NCBI GenBank assembly: GCA_001769125.1
Contig: MEOG01000073.1
Span: forward strand, 14,834-78,833
Origin: Bacteroidetes bacterium GWF2_35_48
Lineage (GTDB): Bacteria > Bacteroidota > Bacteroidia > Bacteroidales > GWF2-35-48
DNA length: 64,000 nt
Reading direction: 5' to 3'
Both the position numbers and the translations under genes were made by a program. Positions 17,557 through 27,364 of the stretch are shown here, piece by piece. Each line of letters starts with the position of its first letter. Within the stretch, counting starts at the first letter, position 1. The notes under the pieces are model-generated. The model was given only the letters and a program-made list of their open reading frames with translations. It did not search any database and was not told where the DNA came from.

Positions 17557-19710
17557 ATGAAGATATTAAAGTATTTTATTGTTTTTGTCGTTTTATTTTC
17601 CTCCCTGATCTCACGTGCCGATGAGGGTATGTGGATTCCTCTTCTGCTCGAAAAGTATAATTTTGCCGATATGCAGAAAAAAGGGTTTAAGCTTACGGCA
17701 GAAGATGTTTACAGTATAAACAAAGCAAGTCTTAAAGATGCTATCGTGATTTTTGGAAGAGGTTGTACCGGAGAATTAATTTCTGACGAAGGTCTTATTA
17801 TAACAAATCATCATTGCGGTTATGGTCAGATACAAAAACACAGCACTGTTGAAAAAGATTATCTTACAGACGGCTTTTGGGCTATGAGCAGAAAAGATGA
17901 GCTTTCAAATCCCGGTCTTACGGTGCAGTTTTTGGTTCGCATGGAGGATGTTACAGTTAAAACTCTTGAAGGAGTTACGAATGAAATGGATGAAGCGGCT
18001 CGTGCTGCAATGATCAGGCAAAATGCATCGGTCATTTCAAAAGCTGTAACAGAGGGGACGCATTACAAAGCGCTGATCAGACCGTTTTATTATGGCAATC
18101 AATATTACATGTTTGTTTACGAAGAATTCAGAGATGTCCGTCTTGTTGGTGCTCCTCCATCTTCAATAGGAAAGTTTGGTGGCGATACCGATAACTGGAT
18201 GTGGCCAAGGCATACCGGCGACTTTTCGCTTTTCAGAATATATGCAGATAAAGATAATAAACCGGCTGATTATTCTCTCGATAATGTACCGTACAAACCA
18301 AAAAAATCTCTGGCAATTTCACTCAAAGGTGTTAAAAAGGGTGATTTTACAATGGTTTTTGGTTATCCTGGAAGAACACAGCAATTTCTTACCTCGCATG
18401 CTGTAGAGCTGATTTCGCAGGTTGAAAACCCCCACATGATTGCTATTCGTAGAATAATTCTTGACATTATGGGTGAAGATATGGACGCCAGTGATAAAGT
18501 GCGGATTCAGTATTCGTCTAAATATGCAGGTATTGCAAATTACTGGAAAAAATGGCTGGGCGAAAATAAAGGCTTGCAAAAGTTAAATGCAATTCAGAAA
18601 AAACGAGCACTCGAACTGAAATTCAGAGAATGGGCACTATCAAGTAATGAAAGGAAAATAAAATACGGCAACCTATTAGAAGATTTTGATAAAATTTATA
18701 AAGAAATTACGCCCTATTCATTGGCAAAAGATTACATATTCGAAGCTTTTTTTGGTATTGATATTAATGATTACATTAAAGATATTGATAACTTGCTTGG
18801 GGCTGAAAAACCTCCTACTGAAGCTGAATTAGCGACTTCTCTCGAAAAATTAAAAATTGTAACCACGAATTTTTTTAAAGATTACAACCTTTCTACAGAT
18901 AAAAAAATATTTATTGCAATGTTGAAATCATACAGAGAAAATGCAGGAGCTGAATTTCAACCAGAGGTTTTAAAAATAATAGACAAAAAATTTAAAGGCA
19001 GCATTGAGAAGTTTGCGGATCATATTTATTCAAAATCGGTTTTTGTTGATGAGAAAAAAGCTTTGGAATTTTTATCCGATTACAATGCATCAAAAAGAAA
19101 AAAATTAATGAAAGATCCTATGCTTGAAATGTACAGAAGCTTTATGGATGTGTATGAATATATCTCCCTGAAATCTTCCGGTATGAATGTGAGGTTGGAT
19201 AAATTGTACAGAGATTATGTTGCAGGTCTTATGGAGTTTCAGAAAGATAAAATCTTTTATCCGGATGCAAATTTTACAATGCGTATAACCTATGGACAGG
19301 TTAATGATTATGAGCCAATGGATGGTGTTTTTTATAATTACTTCACTTCTCTTGATGGGATAATTGCGAAGGACGATCCTGCCATTTATGATTACAAAGT
19401 ACCTGCTAAATTAAAAGAATTATTTCAACGAAAAGATTATGGCAGGTATGCTGAAAACGGAACCATGAAAGTTGCTTTTATTGGCTCAAATCATACTACC
19501 GGTGGTAATTCCGGAAGTCCTGTTTTAAATGCAAATGGTGAGTTGGTCGGTATTAATTTTGATCGTAACTGGGAAGGAACAATGAGTGATATTATGTATG
19601 ACCCGAATCAATGCAGGAATATTACTCTCGATATAAGGTACGCCCTTTTTATAATTGATAAATTTGCCGGAGCCGGACATCTTTTAAATGAAATGAAAAT
19701 TGTGGAATGA
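17557..19710 (+). CDS. S46 family dipeptidyl-peptidase (DPP7/DPP11 family, DPP11-like)
   Basis: ADEGMWIP after the signal peptide, TNHHCG (His), TTGGNSGSPV (Ser). Arg sits 18 residues after the catalytic Ser (GINFDRNWEG). Confidence 0.9.
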   Translation: MKILKYFIVFVVLFSSLISRADEGMWIPLLLEKYNFADMQKKGFKLTAEDVYSINKASLKDAIVIFGRGCTGELISDEGLIITNHHCGYGQIQKHSTVEKDYLTDGFWAMSRKDELSNPGLTVQFLVRMEDVTVKTLEGVTNEMDEAARAAMIRQNASVISKAVTEGTHYKALIRPFYYGNQYYMFVYEEFRDVRLVGAPPSSIGKFGGDTDNWMWPRHTGDFSLFRIYADKDNKPADYSLDNVPYKPKKSLAISLKGVKKGDFTMVFGYPGRTQQFLTSHAVELISQVENPHMIAIRRIILDIMGEDMDASDKVRIQYSSKYAGIANYWKKWLGENKGLQKLNAIQKKRALELKFREWALSSNERKIKYGNLLEDFDKIYKEITPYSLAKDYIFEAFFGIDINDYIKDIDNLLGAEKPPTEAELATSLEKLKIVTTNFFKDYNLSTDKKIFIAMLKSYRENAGAEFQPEVLKIIDKKFKGSIEKFADHIYSKSVFVDEKKALEFLSDYNASKRKKLMKDPMLEMYRSFMDVYEYISLKSSGMNVRLDKLYRDYVAGLMEFQKDKIFYPDANFTMRITYGQVNDYEPMDGVFYNYFTSLDGIIAKDDPAIYDYKVPAKLKELFQRKDYGRYAENGTMKVAFIGSNHTTGGNSGSPVLNANGELVGINFDRNWEGTMSDIMYDPNQCRNITLDIRYALFIIDKFAGAGHLLNEMKIVE

Positions 19711-19711
19711 G

Positions 19712-19768
19712 ATTGTAAAATCGCTCCACTTGTGCTGAGCTTGTCGAAGTATGGAGCGATTCTACAAT
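19712..19768. terminator. 17-bp-stem hairpin downstream of the S46 peptidase gene (putative terminator / REP-like element)
   Basis: ATTGTAAAATCGCTCCA pairs with TGGAGCGATTCTACAAT (1 mismatch). The 23-nt loop contains GCTGAGCTTGTCGAAG. There is no clear T-tract. Confidence 0.5.
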
Positions 19769-19859
19769 ACCCCAAATGCAACTATTCTTTTTATTTATAA
19801 GTCTTACAAGTGATAATTTGTTTTTTATCTTTAAAATGTAAATTCATACATACCGCATC

Positions 19860-22800
19860 ATGAGAAAAATATTTTTAACAACTATTTTAATTGCGTTAGC
19901 AGTAACATTATTTGGACAGGAGAAGATTTTATATGGCAAAGAAGCAAGTGCATTTTTTGATAATGCCGAAATGGTTCGTATTGCTGATAAAGCAAGCGTC
20001 CCCTCTTATATAAAATTTCAATCCGGCAGTGAAATGGACGAAGCTGCTTTTCTTGCAGTCATGAAAAAAAATATTTCTAAAGCAGAGAAATCTGATTTTA
20101 AAATTGTGAAAACCGAATCAGACAAATTGTCCCGGACTCATAAAAAATACCAGCAGTGCATTAATCAGATTCCGGTTGAATATGCTTTTTATAAAGCGCA
20201 TATTATTGAAAACAAAGTGCAATCATGCAGTGGTGTTTTGTATAATAAATCCCCTGACACAAATAGTCCTGTTTTGACAGAGCAGGAAGGCTTGAGCAAA
20301 GCGCTTACATATTATCCTGCTTCTGTTTATATGTGGCAGGTTGCCGGAGCAGATGCCTGGTTGAAAGAATTTACCGGAAACCCCGATGCAAGCTATTTTC
20401 CAAAAGGAGAGCTCGTGTATTTTCCGCAAAAAAATGAAAAATTAATTCTTGCGTATAAATTTAATATCTATGCCCAATATCCTTTAAAGCGTGCAATGAT
20501 ATACATTGATGCAACAAATGGAGAATTATTATTTCAGAATATCTTGTTGCATGCTACAGACGTACAAGGCACTGCTGTTACCAAATATAGCGGAACACAA
20601 ACAATAACAAGCGATAGTTACAACGGTAGTTTCAGGCTTCGTGAAACAGGTCGCGGAAATGGGATTCAGACTTTTGATATGAACATGGGAGACAGTTATC
20701 AGAATGCAACAGATTTTACAGATGACGACAATTACTGGAACAATGTAAATACCGAATTGGATGAAGTTGCAACCGATGCGCACTGGGCAACCGAAAAAAC
20801 TTATGATTATTATTATTTATTGCATGGGCGCAACAGTATTGATGGTAATGGCTTTGCTTTGCGCAGTTATATTCACGCAGATCTTGTTGCTTTTGGTTTA
20901 CCAAATAATGCCAACGCTTTCTGGAATGGAGAGTGTATGACGTATGGCGATGGCAATTCGAATATTTCTCCTCTTACAACGGTTGATATTTGCGGTCATG
21001 AAATTACACACGGTCTTACAAGTTATACTGCCGAACTTGTTTATGCTGAAGAATCAGGTGCAATGAACGAAGGTTTTAGTGATATTTTTGGTACGGCTAT
21101 TGAGTTTTATGCAAAGCCTTCAATGGCAAACTGGACAATGGGTGAGGATATCGGAAGCTGGTTTCGTTCTATGGAAGATCCTTCTTCAAATGGTTATCCC
21201 GATACTTATCAGGGAGCCAACTGGGATTTTGATCAGGAGGTACATCATAATTCAACTGTAATGAGCCACTGGTTTTATATTTTATCAGAAGGTGCTTCCG
21301 GAACCAATGATATTGGAAATACATTTAATGTAACAGGACAAAGTATTTCAGTAGCTGAGCAGATTGCTTTCAGGACATTGGTAACTTATTTACCACCATC
21401 ATCTACTTTTGCCGATGCACGATTTTACAGTATCATCGCTGCTACAGATTTGTACGGAGCATGCAGTAATGAAGTAGAAGCCGTTACCAATGCATGGTAT
21501 GCCGTAGGAGTTGGAAATGCTTATGTCCCCTATGTTGTAAGCAGTTTTTCGAGCGATTTCACAGCATTTTGCGATGCGCCCGCAACAGTAAATTTTATTA
21601 ACGAAAGCGCAAACGGGCAAAGCTTTTTATGGAATTTCGGCGATGGAACAACAAGCACAGATATCAATCCCTCACACACGTATTCAAGTCAGGGAACATT
21701 CACAGTTACGCTTAATGTTGATGGTGGCTCATGCGGTACCGATTCTCACGTGGAAAATCAATATATATCCATCAGCCCTGCGAATCCATGCATTGTAATA
21801 ATCCCACAAATAGGTTCAACAACTATCACACAATGTTCAGGAACGCTTTACGACAGTGGAGGATTGAGTGCTTATCAGAATAGCACAGATGTTACGGTTA
21901 CAATAACACCACAGGGAGCAGCTTCTGTTACGCTTACATTTTCTTCTTTTGATTTTGAATCCGGCTACGATTATCTTTATATTTATGATGGACCGAATAC
22001 CTCAAGCCCTCTGATTGGTCAATATGACGGGACTTCGCTTCCCAACGGCGGAGTTATTACATCTTCAGGCGGAAGCATTACGCTCAGGCAATATAGCGAT
22101 GAAGGAGTAATCGGGCAGGGCTTTGAACTTGACTGGTTATGCTCGGTGCCTTATGCTCCACCTGTTGCGAATTTTTCAAGCAGTGTAATATCTTCCTGTA
22201 TGGGATTGGTTTCATTTACGGATGTTTCTTCAAACGCGCCCGATTCATGGCATTGGGATTTTGGAGATGGAACAACATCCACACAAAACAATCCCCAGCA
22301 TATTTATTCAAACGATGGCGTGTATACTGTTACGCTTATTTCAGCAAATTCTTACGGATCGGATACGATTATTAAAAATAATAATGTTGCTATTGATCTC
22401 GCAGATGCCCCATTCGTAACAAATGATACTATTTGTACCGATGAAACAGCTTTACTCACTGCGCTGGGTAATGGAATTGTTTCCTGGTATGAAAATCAAT
22501 CAGGAGGAGTACCTTTTTTCATTGGTTCGAGCTTCACAACAAGTACTCTTTCAAATAATGTTACGTATTTTGTGAGAGATTCGGTTGACAGTCCCTTGTC
22601 CTATACCGGAGCAACAGATAAAACTGCAACAGGAAACTATTGGGAAAATGACGTGAACAGGACTTTGATTTTTGATGTTTTATCTTCCGTTAATCTTAAA
22701 TCTGTTAAAATTTACAGCAATACTGCAAGAACACTTACATTTCAGGTTGTTGATAATACTTTAGCGGTTGTTACAGGAACTACTGTTATTGTGCCACAGG

Positions 22801-23318
22801 GAGAATCGCGTGTAACGCTTAATTTTTCTCTTACACCGGGAAATGCGTATCAGCTCCGCACTCTTGAAAATATTAATAATTTATGGAGAGACGGTTCCAC
22901 CAATGGACCAATTCTGCCTTATCCTTATACCATCGAAAATGTGATACGTATTACAGGAAATAATGCAAACAATACAAGGTATTATTATTTCTTTTACGAC
23001 TGGGAAGTGCAAGAGCCGGTTTGTGTGAGTCCGAGAGTGCCTGTTTCTGCTATTGTTGAAACATGCAGCGGTATAAGTTCTGCTTCTGATAGCGATGAAA
23101 TTGAATTGTATCCGAATCCTGCAAAAAATAAATTATTTATCAGCAATTTGAAATCAGCAGGAATAATAATTTCAGATATTAATGGAAAAGAAATCTTGAA
23201 TCTCCATAATTTTGATAATTCTTATATTGATATATCAGAATTGAATGAGGGTTTTTATTTTTGTAAGATAATATACGGAAACACGATTACGATTAAAAAG
23301 TTTGTTATAACCAAATAA
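19860..23318 (+). CDS. M4 (thermolysin-like) zinc metalloprotease with PKD-type domains and T9SS C-terminal domain
   Basis: VDICGHEITHG...ESGAMNEGFSDIFG (HExxH plus the downstream Glu of M4). Two NFGDGTTS / DFGDGTTS PKD-like modules. C-terminal LYPNPAKNKLFI...GFYFCKI sorting domain. Confidence 0.88.
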   Translation: MRKIFLTTILIALAVTLFGQEKILYGKEASAFFDNAEMVRIADKASVPSYIKFQSGSEMDEAAFLAVMKKNISKAEKSDFKIVKTESDKLSRTHKKYQQCINQIPVEYAFYKAHIIENKVQSCSGVLYNKSPDTNSPVLTEQEGLSKALTYYPASVYMWQVAGADAWLKEFTGNPDASYFPKGELVYFPQKNEKLILAYKFNIYAQYPLKRAMIYIDATNGELLFQNILLHATDVQGTAVTKYSGTQTITSDSYNGSFRLRETGRGNGIQTFDMNMGDSYQNATDFTDDDNYWNNVNTELDEVATDAHWATEKTYDYYYLLHGRNSIDGNGFALRSYIHADLVAFGLPNNANAFWNGECMTYGDGNSNISPLTTVDICGHEITHGLTSYTAELVYAEESGAMNEGFSDIFGTAIEFYAKPSMANWTMGEDIGSWFRSMEDPSSNGYPDTYQGANWDFDQEVHHNSTVMSHWFYILSEGASGTNDIGNTFNVTGQSISVAEQIAFRTLVTYLPPSSTFADARFYSIIAATDLYGACSNEVEAVTNAWYAVGVGNAYVPYVVSSFSSDFTAFCDAPATVNFINESANGQSFLWNFGDGTTSTDINPSHTYSSQGTFTVTLNVDGGSCGTDSHVENQYISISPANPCIVIIPQIGSTTITQCSGTLYDSGGLSAYQNSTDVTVTITPQGAASVTLTFSSFDFESGYDYLYIYDGPNTSSPLIGQYDGTSLPNGGVITSSGGSITLRQYSDEGVIGQGFELDWLCSVPYAPPVANFSSSVISSCMGLVSFTDVSSNAPDSWHWDFGDGTTSTQNNPQHIYSNDGVYTVTLISANSYGSDTIIKNNNVAIDLADAPFVTNDTICTDETALLTALGNGIVSWYENQSGGVPFFIGSSFTTSTLSNNVTYFVRDSVDSPLSYTGATDKTATGNYWENDVNRTLIFDVLSSVNLKSVKIYSNTARTLTFQVVDNTLAVVTGTTVIVPQGESRVTLNFSLTPGNAYQLRTLENINNLWRDGSTNGPILPYPYTIENVIRITGNNANNTRYYYFFYDWEVQEPVCVSPRVPVSAIVETCSGISSASDSDEIELYPNPAKNKLFISNLKSAGIIISDINGKEILNLHNFDNSYIDISELNEGFYFCKIIYGNTITIKKFVITK

Positions 23319-23323
23319 AATTT

Positions 23324-24490
23324 ATGTCAAAAATTTTAGTAATAGATGATGAGAAAAGCATAAGAAACACATTGAAAGAAGTTCTTGAATATGAGAACCA
23401 CTCTGTTGATCTGGCAATAGACGGGGCAGAGGGTTTAACCATGATTGAAAACAGTAAATACGATGTTATTTTTTGTGATATAAAAATGCCCCAGATGGAC
23501 GGCATTGAAGTCCTTGAAAAAGCACTCGTGGTTTCTCCTGATTCCCCGGTAGTAATGATTTCAGGTCATGGAAATATTGATACAGCAGTTGATGCGATAA
23601 AAAAGGGCGCATTTGATTTTATTCAGAAACCGCTTGATCTGAATCGTATTCTTATTACCATACGCAACGCGATGGATAAGAAAAATCTTATCACAGAAAC
23701 AAAAATACTGAAACGTAAGGTTAATAAAACCTATGATATTGTTGGAGAATCTTCAGCAATAAATAAAATTTTGGAAATGATAGAACGTGTGGCTCCTACA
23801 GATGCGCGTGTACTTATAACAGGCGAAAACGGAACTGGAAAAGAGCTTGTAGCGCGTTGGGTGCATGAAAAGAGTAATCGTATTTCTGGACCTTTTGTTG
23901 AAGTAAATTGCGCTGCCATTCCTTCTGAACTTATAGAAAGTGAGTTGTTCGGGCATGAGAAAGGCGCATTTACATCAGCAATCAAACAACGTAAAGGAAA
24001 ATTTGAACAGGCAGACGGAGGTACTTTATTTCTTGATGAAATAGGCGATATGAGTCTTTCCGCACAGGCAAAGGTTTTACGTGCTTTGCAGGAAAATAAA
24101 ATCACAAGAGTGGGAAGCGATAAAGATATTACTGTTAATGTAAGAGTAATCGCTGCAACGAATAAAAATATCAAGAAAGAAATTGATGAAGGAAATTTCA
24201 GAGAAGACCTTTATCACAGGTTGAGTGTGATTATTATTCACGTTCCCTCTTTAAATGAAAGGAAAGATGATATTCCGCTGCTCACGAATCATTTTATAAA
24301 ACTTATCTGCGAAGAGTACGGAATGCCGGAGAAAAAAATCACAAATGATGCGATTGCTGAATTGCAAAAAATTAAATGGACAGGCAATATCCGCGAATTC
24401 AGAAATGTTATTGAACGGCTTATTATTCTTTGTACTGAAAAAATAACAGATAAAGATGTGTTAGCTTACGCACAGCCTTTATATAAATAA
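23324..24490 (+). CDS. sigma-54-dependent response regulator (REC + AAA+), apparently lacking a C-terminal HTH
   Basis: REC domain (VIDDE...DIKMPQMDG), Walker A GENGTGKE, GAFTSA loop (a GAFTGA variant), FLDEIG. The protein ends about 20 aa after the AAA+ lid (GNIREFRNVIERLIIL...). Confidence 0.88.
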   Translation: MSKILVIDDEKSIRNTLKEVLEYENHSVDLAIDGAEGLTMIENSKYDVIFCDIKMPQMDGIEVLEKALVVSPDSPVVMISGHGNIDTAVDAIKKGAFDFIQKPLDLNRILITIRNAMDKKNLITETKILKRKVNKTYDIVGESSAINKILEMIERVAPTDARVLITGENGTGKELVARWVHEKSNRISGPFVEVNCAAIPSELIESELFGHEKGAFTSAIKQRKGKFEQADGGTLFLDEIGDMSLSAQAKVLRALQENKITRVGSDKDITVNVRVIAATNKNIKKEIDEGNFREDLYHRLSVIIIHVPSLNERKDDIPLLTNHFIKLICEEYGMPEKKITNDAIAELQKIKWTGNIREFRNVIERLIILCTEKITDKDVLAYAQPLYK

Positions 24491-24601
24491 CTCAAGTTTA
24501 GCACAATCTTGATTTTTGATTAATATTTATTATTGCACTTTTCAACATTTTCGTTTCAAATATATTTTCTTTTCAATAATGAATGAAAAGATTTATTATA
24601 G

Positions 24602-24780
24602 GCGAAAATTATATTATTACGGTGCGCTGCACCTTTATAAACAACGCAGCTATCGCTGCTACAAATGTTATCGCAGCTCTGCTGCTATATTAAAATGCAG
24701 CAGCAGAGCTGCGAAATATTTGTAAAACAAATGAAATTTAAAAGCAAGGTGCAGAGCACCGTAATATCTTTTGCGAAAAT
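24602..24780. repeat. nested palindromic element (~150 bp) flanked by a 9-bp direct repeat GCGAAAATT; MITE-like
   Basis: Outer arms ATTACGGTGCGCTGCACCTT (24615-24634) and AAGGTGCAGAGCACCGTAAT (24745-24764) pair with 1 mismatch. Inner hairpin CGCAGCTCTGCTGC / GCAGCAGAGCTGCG spans 24672-24713. GCGAAAATT occurs at 24602 and 24772. Confidence 0.7.
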
Positions 24781-24835
24781 TTCTTAATATCAGACTTTTG
24801 AATAAGCAAAACTTCAGTAAATAAAAATATGCAAA

Positions 24836-25873
24836 ATGAACCAATCTAAAATAGATCTCCGGAGCGATACAGTAACGAAACCTTCTTCTCTGATGCTTGA
24901 AGCAATGATGGCTGCTGAAGTTGGCGATGATGTTTTTGGAGACGATCCCACGGTTCATAAACTTGAAGAAAAAACCGCTTCAATGTTTGGAATGGAAGCT
25001 GCCTTGTTCTGCACTTCCGGAACAATGACGAATCAGCTTGCAATCCGGTCTTTATGTTCCCCCGGCAGCGAAGTAATCTGCGATAAATTGTCTCATGTTT
25101 TTTTATACGAAGGCGGAGGTATTGCCCTTAACGCTTTTTCATCTGTTAAAACATTAAATGGTGACAGGGGAAGAATAACAGCCGGTCAGGTTGCTGCATC
25201 TGTTAATAATGCAAATGACATTCATCTTCCTGTAAGCAGATTGGTTGCATTGGAAAATACCATGAATAAAGGAGGGGGAAGCATTTATGACTTTCAGGAA
25301 ATAATTAAAATCAAGCAGGTTTGTAAAGACAATAATTTGTCGTTGCATCTCGATGGAGCAAGACTTTTTAATGCACTTGTTGAAAGAAAAGAAAGCATGA
25401 AAGATTTTGGAAATATTTTTGATTCCATTTCTATTTGTTTATAAAAAGGCTTGGGTTGTCCTGTTGGTTCGCTGCTGTTGGGCTCGAACGATTTAATAGA
25501 AAAAGCAAGACGATTCCGAAAAGTTATGGGAGGAGGCTGGCGTCAGGCAGGTTATCTTGCAGCCGCTGGAATTTATGCGCTCGATAATAATATTCAGCGA
25601 ATAAAAGAGGATCACAAAAGAGCTAAAATAATCGGAGAAATACTTAGCAGAAAAAATTATGTAAAAGAAATTTTTCCTATTGAAACGAATATTGTAATTT
25701 TTGAATTACCTGAAAATATTCTTGCAAAGGATTATGTTTCAAAAATGGCTGAACATAACCTGTTATCTATTGCTTTCGATAAACATGCTGTTCGTTTTGT
25801 AACGCATCTCGACATTACCGATAAGCATATTGAACAATTTGAGAAAATAATAAATTCGGTTACAATTTTTTGA
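24836..25873 (+). pseudogene. ltaE: low-specificity L-threonine aldolase interrupted by one in-frame TAA
   Basis: ORFs 24836-25444 and 25451-25873 are in the same frame. The sequence reads ...FDSISICL-TAA-KGLGCPVGSLLLGS, where homologues as I recall them read CLSKGLG with the PLP-binding Lys. Confidence 0.85.
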
Positions 25874-25904
25874 TTGCAAAACCAGTTTTAATGTGTTTTA
25901 ATTT

Positions 25905-26249
25905 ATGCTAAAATTAATCTTCTTATTTTTTATTATCTGTTGCAGTTTTAATATTATCGCAGGAACAAAATTTTCTTATCAGTCAGTAGACACAACCATT
26001 ACCGGAACTGCGAAAAATGCGAAATGGGGTGCTGTTGTTATTACTGACACTGGTAATACTTTTTATATTGATGAAAAACAAGAATGGGAGCCTGAATTTC
26101 TGAATACAAAAATTGAAGTGAAGGGATTGCTAAAAAAACAAACATACACAGAAAAAGATGTTAAAGATGAAGATGGGAATTACTCGCAGGGTATGATTGG
26201 TACAAAAAAAACTTTATGCAAGGCTCAAATAAAAACAATTAAAAAATAA
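25905..26249 (+). CDS. hypothetical small secreted protein
   Basis: 114 aa with a signal-like N-terminus. No motif recognised. Confidence 0.45.
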   Translation: MLKLIFLFFIICCSFNIIAGTKFSYQSVDTTITGTAKNAKWGAVVITDTGNTFYIDEKQEWEPEFLNTKIEVKGLLKKQTYTEKDVKDEDGNYSQGMIGTKKTLCKAQIKTIKK

Positions 26250-26254
26250 CGATT

Positions 26255-27175
26255 ATGTTTGAACTAATACATCAAATACAGGGGCCACAATTTTTATTAA
26301 TTTTTCTGACAGCGATTTTTGTTTCCTATATTTTGTATCGTGTTTATCTTAAAACAAGTGACGCTTTGAGGGAAGATGTTTATTCACCCTCTAAACAGAT
26401 TAATCCCTATGAACTCGCCGTATTAAAAGGGAAGGGCAATGTTCCTCATTTTCTGAAAACAATTCTTATCAGTTTATATGATAAAAAACTGATTGTATTA
26501 AGAGAAGACGGTACTATTATTAAAACAGAAAATTCAGATTGCAATAAATTAACGGAGGGAGAAAAAGTTGTTCTGCGTTTTTTTAATTCCGGACAGAAAG
26601 CTCAGGATGTGTTTAAAGATGCAGGCATTAAAGCGACGCTGCGTAATGAAATTGAAAAACATAAAGAAAGTCTCAGTATGCAGAATTTATTGAAGCCAAC
26701 TTCTATGTTATCAAAACAAAGGCTCGTGTGGATTCTGTTTTGGAGTCTTCTGATGATATTCGGAATAATAAAATTTAGCATGGGATTAAACTACGACAAA
26801 CCGGTGCTTTTTTTACTGATATTGCTGCTATTCGCTTTCTTCCTTTATTTGTTTTCTTTTCCCAGAAGAATTTCAAAAAACGGAAAAATGTTTATGCGCG
26901 GGCTTGCAGAGAAGTTTTCAGATGTTAAAAATGCAAAACCCAATGAAGCTACTTTGCCATCAGGAATGGATCCCGTGATGGTGGGAGCTCTTTTCGGAAT
27001 GGGTGCTTTGTTTATGTTTCCTGAATATTCTGCGCTTGAGAAACAATATCCCAACCAGACATCGAATTACAGCGGTTGTACCAGTTGCAGCACTTCATCA
27101 GGAGGCTGTAGCAGTTGCAGCGGTGGTGATGGAGGAGGAGGGGGCTGTGGTGGCTGCGGTGGAGGCGGAGATTAA
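26255..27175 (+). CDS. membrane protein with Cys/Gly/Ser-rich C-terminal tail (resembles TIGR04222-domain proteins)
   Basis: 306 aa. N-terminal TM, two central TMs, and the tail SGCTSCSTSSGGCSSCSGGDGGGGGCGGCGGGGD. The family assignment is from memory of the TIGR04222 description, not a search. Confidence 0.55.
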   Translation: MFELIHQIQGPQFLLIFLTAIFVSYILYRVYLKTSDALREDVYSPSKQINPYELAVLKGKGNVPHFLKTILISLYDKKLIVLREDGTIIKTENSDCNKLTEGEKVVLRFFNSGQKAQDVFKDAGIKATLRNEIEKHKESLSMQNLLKPTSMLSKQRLVWILFWSLLMIFGIIKFSMGLNYDKPVLFLLILLLFAFFLYLFSFPRRISKNGKMFMRGLAEKFSDVKNAKPNEATLPSGMDPVMVGALFGMGALFMFPEYSALEKQYPNQTSNYSGCTSCSTSSGGCSSCSGGDGGGGGCGGCGGGGD

Positions 27176-27200
27176 TCTTTTCTTCATCAAACATATTTTT

Positions 27201-27336
27201 GGTAATTCGCTAAATTAGTGGAAGTTTTTAAATGGGCAGATTAAATATAAAAGTTGCAAGTTACAAGTTGTTTTTAACCTGCAACCTGTAACTTGTAATA
27301 TACTAAAATCATCATCCACTAAAATGTCGAATTACC
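27201..27336. repeat. nested inverted repeat / hairpin between the TIGR04222-like and rSAM genes
   Basis: Outer arms are GGTAATTCG...TAGTGGA (27201-27222) and TCCACTA...CGAATTACC (27315-27336). The inner hairpin CAAGTTACAAGTTG / CAACCTGTAACTTG (~27253-27298) is built from 7-bp periodic GTTGCAA/GTTACAA units. Confidence 0.7.
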
Positions 27337-27364
27337 ATATTTTTTATTATTGGAACTTTTCACT

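Noticed and set aside
24516-24958. ORFs 24516-24725 (+) and 24668-24958 (-) in the sigma-54 regulator / ltaE intergenic region
   Set aside because: They run through the nested palindrome, which explains why mirror-image ORFs occur on both strands. No motif was recognised.
27232-27291. 19-codon mini-ORF (MGRLNIKVASYKLFLTCNL) upstream of the rSAM/SPASM gene as a possible RiPP precursor
   Set aside because: It lies entirely within the heptamer hairpin, has one Cys only, and has no leader-like features. It is more likely non-coding structure.
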